A stretch of DNA of 64,000 bases. Source: Antedon mediterranea (Eukaryota > Animalia > Echinodermata). Shown piece after piece: positions 62,801 to 64,000 of the stretch. Made by a program: the position numbers and the translations under genes. The notes under the pieces were generated by a model, which was not told the origin of the DNA, made no database searches, and was given only the letters and a program-made list of their open reading frames with translations. The stretch covers positions 10,659,812 through 10,723,811 of the forward strand of contig NC_092675.1 in the NCBI RefSeq assembly GCF_964355755.1. The letters run 5' to 3'. Every line of letters begins with the position of its first letter. The stretch's first letter is position 1.

Positions 62801-63625
62801 TTAGAAGTAGGACATTGGTTGCGGCATTCAATGTGGAAATTACGTACGTGCGCATGCACGCACACATGCACGTATGTATATTTGTATGTTTGTATGTATG
62901 TAAGACAATCCAACATACCGTAGCCAATGCCGAAATTTTTTTTATTTTGTATATTTAGTTATTTAAAATGTAATTGTTGTTGTCAAAATGTTTATTAAAA
63001 ATTGTTCATTCCCTACAGAAAGCAGAATTGAGAAAAAAGACTACAGAAAAAAATGAAGCTGACAAGATGGTCGTGGATCTTGAGGCTACAGCTGTAAATC
63101 AATTGCAAAGCATGAGTGAACACATTGAGAAAGTAATAGCTTCAGCTGAAAAGAAAATTGAACAAGAAGTGTTGAAGCATAGTCAGTTAAAGCTAGTGTT
63201 GGAGGTAAGCTATACTCATATCAGTAGCTTATTTAAGAACCTTGACTTGACTTGACCACCGTCAAAGAATGATTGATTGTGCGAACACTATGACTTAGCA
63301 AGCAAGGGTAGTGTGTTTGACAACTGATCATGATATTGTAGGTTCAAATCCAATGGTTTCACAACATTAGGCGCTTTATAAATCCAGGATATTATTATTA
63401 TTATTTAAAAAAAAATCTTTTTAGATGTTAGCTGGTGAATTCTTAAATCGGACAAAAGATGCAAGAGAATTGGCTCATCAAATTAAGAAGTCTTTATGTG
63501 TCAAAGTTAAAATGGATGAATCAATGACAAAAGCTCAATCGATAGCTTCCTCAATTTTGTACCTGACAGCATCAGATGTTGAGGAATTGATGACACTAGA
63601 AGATGCTGAGGAGCATAAAAGATTG
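20761..63625 (+). CDS. CNTLN: Centlein-like centrosomal coiled-coil protein, multi-exon gene (31 coding exons traced; 5' end tentative, 3' end beyond the window)
   Basis: All 31 exons join in one open frame with AG acceptors and GT/GC donors. The peptides match vertebrate centlein motifs as I recall them, in the expected order: [100 protein letters not shown]. Confidence 0.9.
21384..21472 (+). CDS. CNTLN: CNTLN exon ([30 protein letters not shown])
   Basis: Centlein N-terminal signature; ctacag| acceptor, AAG|gtttac donor. Confidence 0.93.
21505..24182. mobile_element. Kolobok-like non-autonomous DNA transposon expanded by nested insertions
   Basis: TTAA|AGATGTATTGTCCCT .. AGGGACAATACATCT|TTAA; a second TTAA|AGGGGAATTC element is nested at about 22237-23790. 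Confidence 0.75.
24773..24857 (+). CDS. CNTLN: CNTLN exon ([28 protein letters not shown])
   Basis: Phase-consistent; centlein-like KVLxILQVKD; AAG|gtaaaa donor. Confidence 0.92.
25355..25840. mobile_element. MITE of the PIF/Harbinger group
   Basis: ~50-bp imperfect TIRs AGGGAGGTCTCGCAACCTTATGAATACGATAA.. / ..TTATCGTATTCGTAAGATTGCAAAACCTCTCT; 3-bp ATT TSD. Confidence 0.75.
25869..25912 (+). CDS. CNTLN: CNTLN exon ([15 protein letters not shown])
   Basis: Poly-T acceptor, AAG|gtaggg donor, phases 0/2. Confidence 0.8.
26064..26157 (+). CDS. CNTLN: CNTLN exon ([31 protein letters not shown])
   Basis: catcag| acceptor, CTG|gtaggt donor; coiled-coil composition. Confidence 0.8.
26213..27070 (+). 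mobile_element. Probable Helentron-associated non-autonomous element with internal short tandem repeats
   Basis: Perfect 11-bp hairpin TAGGTGATCTT-AA-AAGATCACCTA at 26218-26241; degenerate ~45-50 bp repeats at 26355-26600; GATTCACCT near 27045. 3' boundary approximate. Confidence 0.5.
27182..27263 (+). CDS. CNTLN: CNTLN exon ([27 protein letters not shown])
   Basis: ttacag| acceptor, CTG|gtaatt donor, phases 0/1. Confidence 0.82.
27719..27804 (+). CDS. CNTLN: CNTLN exon ([29 protein letters not shown])
   Basis: tttcag| acceptor; donor AAG|gtacag (an alternative in-frame donor follows 27792). Confidence 0.78.
29195..30440 (-). mobile_element. Penelope-like element, 3' part (RT thumb, linker, GIY-YIG endonuclease, terminal repeat region)
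   Basis: ORF 29490-30344 with SNHP, WFNPPYS, CNCR..CPLDGKC and GVVYQA..YVGLT..FK.RY..H. Confidence 0.92.
29245..29288 (-). ncRNA. Minimal type I hammerhead ribozyme
   Basis: GCAC-CUGAAGA-U-UGAG-UUCAUA-CUCA-U-GAA-ACAG-C-CUGU-A-GUGC: the core nucleotides and stems I, II and III are all present. Confidence 0.85.
31273..31329 (+). CDS. CNTLN: CNTLN exon ([19 protein letters not shown])
   Basis: cttatag| acceptor, GAG|gtatgt donor. Confidence 0.8.
31490..31587 (+). CDS. CNTLN: CNTLN exon ([33 protein letters not shown])
   Basis: Pyrimidine tract with taag| acceptor, AAG|gtaaat donor. Confidence 0.8.
31643..31920 (+). mobile_element. tRNA-derived SINE
   Basis: A box TGGCCTGGTGG, B box-like GGGTTCAGGTCC, A-rich (AAAT)n tail. 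Confidence 0.7.
32144..32253 (+). CDS. CNTLN: CNTLN exon ([36 protein letters not shown])
   Basis: Conserved AQQAELIxQLQ motif; ttgcag| acceptor, AAG|gtcata donor. Confidence 0.92.
32804..32856 (+). CDS. CNTLN: CNTLN exon ([18 protein letters not shown])
   Basis: QEDVH..SYxK motif; ttacag| acceptor, AAG|gtattt donor. Confidence 0.9.
33006..33458. mobile_element. Kolobok-like MITE, same family as 21505-24182
   Basis: AGATTTATTGTCCCT .. AGGGACAATACATCT|TTAA; body similar to 23820-24182. Confidence 0.8.
33473..34147. repeat. GC-rich minisatellite, 7 units of 94-98 bp
   Basis: TGTAACCC recurs at 33474, 33571, 33668, 33766, 33864, 33958 and 34052. Confidence 0.95.
34168..35075 (+). mobile_element. 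Probable Helentron-associated non-autonomous element
   Basis: 5' hairpin GGTTATCCG..CGTATAACC, then a pyrimidine tract, a CG-rich core shared with 49102-49870, and a 3' hairpin ATCAT-TCGC-ATGAT. Confidence 0.5.
35310..36900 (+). mobile_element. Heavily decayed CR1/L2-group LINE RT fragment
   Basis: Fragments [44 protein letters not shown] and [10 protein letters not shown]. Confidence 0.8.
37749..38225 (+). CDS. CNTLN: CNTLN large exon containing the 9-aa TQV repeats
   Basis: ttcacag| acceptor, ATG|gtaaag donor; 159 codons, phase 0/0; lies within ORF 37674-38234. Confidence 0.82.
37860..38021 (+). repeat. Coding tandem repeat, 6 x 27 bp (alternating 54-bp dimer)
   Basis: Encodes [54 protein letters not shown]. 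Confidence 0.95.
38687..38788 (+). CDS. CNTLN: CNTLN exon ([34 protein letters not shown])
   Basis: gtccag| acceptor, AAG|gtaatg donor; ERK..L..L.LK motif. Confidence 0.85.
39700..41950 (-). mobile_element. Decayed Rex1/Babar-clade LINE
   Basis: N-terminal [63 protein letters not shown] and LNATKTKE. Confidence 0.85.
43017..43135 (+). CDS. CNTLN: CNTLN exon ([39 protein letters not shown])
   Basis: H.KR..RL..LQ.N motif; donor TT|gtaagt. Confidence 0.92.
43267..43392 (+). CDS. CNTLN: CNTLN exon ending at a GC donor (..[28 protein letters not shown])
   Basis: SDxVWNxL motif; the next exon needs phase 2, met by AAG|gcaaga. Confidence 0.88.
43822..43954. mobile_element. Short palindromic MITE; partial copies at about 38841-38869 and 44925-45011
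   Basis: TCTACATTATCAAACTAT .. ATAGTTTGATAGTGTAGA inverted termini; the same terminus recurs at the other two sites. Confidence 0.6.
44204..44304 (+). CDS. CNTLN: CNTLN exon ([33 protein letters not shown])
   Basis: acttag| acceptor, A|gtgagt donor. Confidence 0.9.
44433..44518 (+). CDS. CNTLN: CNTLN exon ([28 protein letters not shown])
   Basis: tcatag| acceptor, AAG|gtaaag donor, phases 1/0. Confidence 0.8.
44817..44905 (+). CDS. CNTLN: CNTLN exon ([30 protein letters not shown])
   Basis: ctacag| acceptor, AAG|gtaaca donor. Confidence 0.82.
45179..45350 (+). CDS. CNTLN: CNTLN exon ([18 protein letters not shown])
   Basis: tttcag| acceptor, CAG|gtaatg donor; basic stretch [14 protein letters not shown]. 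Confidence 0.85.
45454..45738. mobile_element. Kolobok-like MITE, related subfamily
   Basis: TTAA|AGATAT..TCCCT .. GGGACAATACATCT|TTAA. Confidence 0.6.
46145..46236 (+). CDS. CNTLN: CNTLN exon ([30 protein letters not shown]); its 3' end seeds the 66-bp minisatellite
   Basis: ttccag| acceptor, TAG|gtaaga donor; LNKSI..F..WEDV centlein motif. Confidence 0.9.
46205..50930 (+). repeat. 66-bp minisatellite (~60 units) derived from a CNTLN exon-intron junction, interrupted at 49102-49870
   Basis: Unit GATAACGAATGGGAAGATGTGCAGTCTGATAG|GTAAGACAGCAGCTCTATCATGTTTTGTTTTTAT; the first unit overlaps exon 46145-46236. Confidence 0.97.
49102..49870 (+). mobile_element. DINE-1/HINE-like Helentron non-autonomous element
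   Basis: Subterminal IRs AGTCGCGTG / CACGCGACT, 5' partial inverted repeat GCGACT, (GTCT/GTCG)n microsatellite, 3' hairpin GGCTGTTGGCC then TTGTT; inserted in a T-run with no TSD. Confidence 0.85.
50975..51092 (+). CDS. CNTLN: CNTLN exon ([29 protein letters not shown])
   Basis: attcag| acceptor in phase 2, GAG|gtaacc donor. Confidence 0.85.
51801..51903 (+). CDS. CNTLN: CNTLN exon ([34 protein letters not shown])
   Basis: catatag| acceptor, GAG|gtatac donor, phases 0/1. Confidence 0.78.
52304..52414 (+). CDS. CNTLN: CNTLN exon ([36 protein letters not shown])
   Basis: atgcag| acceptor, T|gtaaga donor (a same-phase alternative donor follows 52384). Confidence 0.78.
52726..52880 (+). CDS. 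CNTLN: CNTLN exon ([24 protein letters not shown])
   Basis: tttcag| acceptor, CAG|gtaaag donor; L..R..SLQQQ motif. Confidence 0.87.
53352..53483 (+). CDS. CNTLN: CNTLN exon ([30 protein letters not shown])
   Basis: tgttag| acceptor, AAA|gtacat donor; 44 codons. Confidence 0.82.
53815..53961 (+). CDS. CNTLN: CNTLN exon ([20 protein letters not shown])
   Basis: Long pyrimidine tract with ctccag| acceptor, AAG|gtatct donor. Confidence 0.87.
54354..54451 (+). CDS. CNTLN: CNTLN exon ending at a GC donor ([33 protein letters not shown])
   Basis: attcag| acceptor, TAG|gcaagt donor; phase 2 matches exon 55491. Confidence 0.86.
54463..55088. mobile_element. Mutator(MULE)-like MITE
   Basis: TIRs GGGTGTCTAGAAAACTCAGAT / ATCTGAGTTTTCTAGACACCC; perfect 9-bp TSD AAGTTACAG at 54454-54462 and 55089-55097. 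Confidence 0.85.
55491..55599 (+). CDS. CNTLN: CNTLN exon ([26 protein letters not shown])
   Basis: ERD...KR.L.EDL motif; CTG|gtaagt donor. Confidence 0.92.
56456..56985. mobile_element. Kolobok-like MITE, same family, in opposite orientation
   Basis: AGATGTATTGTCCCT .. AGGGACAATACATCT|TTAA; body is the reverse complement of 33006-33458. Confidence 0.82.
57000..57960 (-). mobile_element. CR1/L2-group LINE 3' fragment, related to the 7855-11950 element
   Basis: [13 protein letters not shown] and HSYNTR..YNGPKLW motifs; its 3' UTR probably continues to about 56160. Confidence 0.75.
57960..58692 (+). mobile_element. L2 LINE 3' fragment
   Basis: [35 protein letters not shown]; L2-type tail GCGCCTTGAG..GCGCTGTATAAAT(TTA)n. 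Confidence 0.88.
60820..61117 (+). mobile_element. tRNA-derived SINE inserted in the BEL gag region
   Basis: B box GGTTCGAATCC, core GGCAAGATACTTTAC..CACCCAGGTGTATAAATGGGTACC, L2-like tail with (TTA)n, TSD TAGTCT at 60814-60819 and 61118-61123. Confidence 0.85.
62363..62518 (+). CDS. CNTLN: CNTLN exon ([39 protein letters not shown]..)
   Basis: ccacag| acceptor, TTT|gtaagt donor; SL..RL....KEK..YE motif. Confidence 0.9.
63019..63204 (+). CDS. CNTLN: CNTLN exon ([22 protein letters not shown])
   Basis: ctacag| acceptor, GAG|gtaagc donor; 62 codons. Confidence 0.88.
63305..63406 (+). mobile_element. Internally deleted SINE remnant
   Basis: GGTTCAAATCC B box joined to a GCGCTTTATAAAT..(TTA)n tail. 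Confidence 0.5.
63425..63625 (+). CDS. CNTLN: CNTLN exon ([30 protein letters not shown])
   Basis: ttttag| acceptor, TTG|gtatta donor; A..IASSIL..S.D.EE motif. Confidence 0.88.
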
Positions 63626-64000
63626 GTATTATTATATAACTATACAAATCGTATGCAAACAGTGAGATTATGAATGGTATTTGATGTGGTCAGAATTACA
63701 TGATTTAATCTTTCAAGTGCTTCATTAAAAATGAATCAAAAGTATATATGGAAAATACAAATTCATATTACTTTAAAAATTCAGGAGTAAAAATATAATC
63801 AATTTTTTTTAAAGACAAAAAAAACAAGCCAATTTATAAAAGTAATTAAGCATTTATAAATTAGAAATGTAAATTGGTACTTTTCTGCCATCATGGTATT
63901 CTGTTTTGAAGTGACACTCTACTAAACACTGCATTGGTTGGTTTTATATAACACCGAAATAAATTCCTGTCGTTTAATAGGACGATTGTGGGTCACATGG

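Overview
AT-rich animal (probably invertebrate) genomic DNA, not prokaryotic. The backbone is one large plus-strand gene encoding a centlein (CNTLN)-like centrosomal coiled-coil protein. I traced 31 phase-consistent coding exons from 20761 to 63625 (3740 nt, about 1246 codons), plus two tentative 5' exons; the gene continues past the window end, and two introns use GC donors. Introns and the upstream region are packed with decayed transposons: RTE, CR1/L2 and Rex/Babar LINEs, a Penelope element, a BEL/Pao LTR element, Helitron and Helentron non-autonomous elements, Kolobok/MULE/Harbinger-type MITEs and tRNA-derived SINEs. The most unusual observations are: (1) a ~60-copy 66-bp minisatellite built from a centlein exon end plus its own 5' splice site; (2) an exonic array of six TQV motifs resembling dynein light chain LC8-binding sites; (3) a minimal hammerhead ribozyme in the Penelope terminus; (4) a ~195-bp satellite whose two arms face opposite ways around a LINE, with in-register breakpoints; (5) a Helentron-type composite carrying two tRNA-Val pseudogenes inside that satellite. 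Family assignments come from motif recognition by eye; no database search was run.
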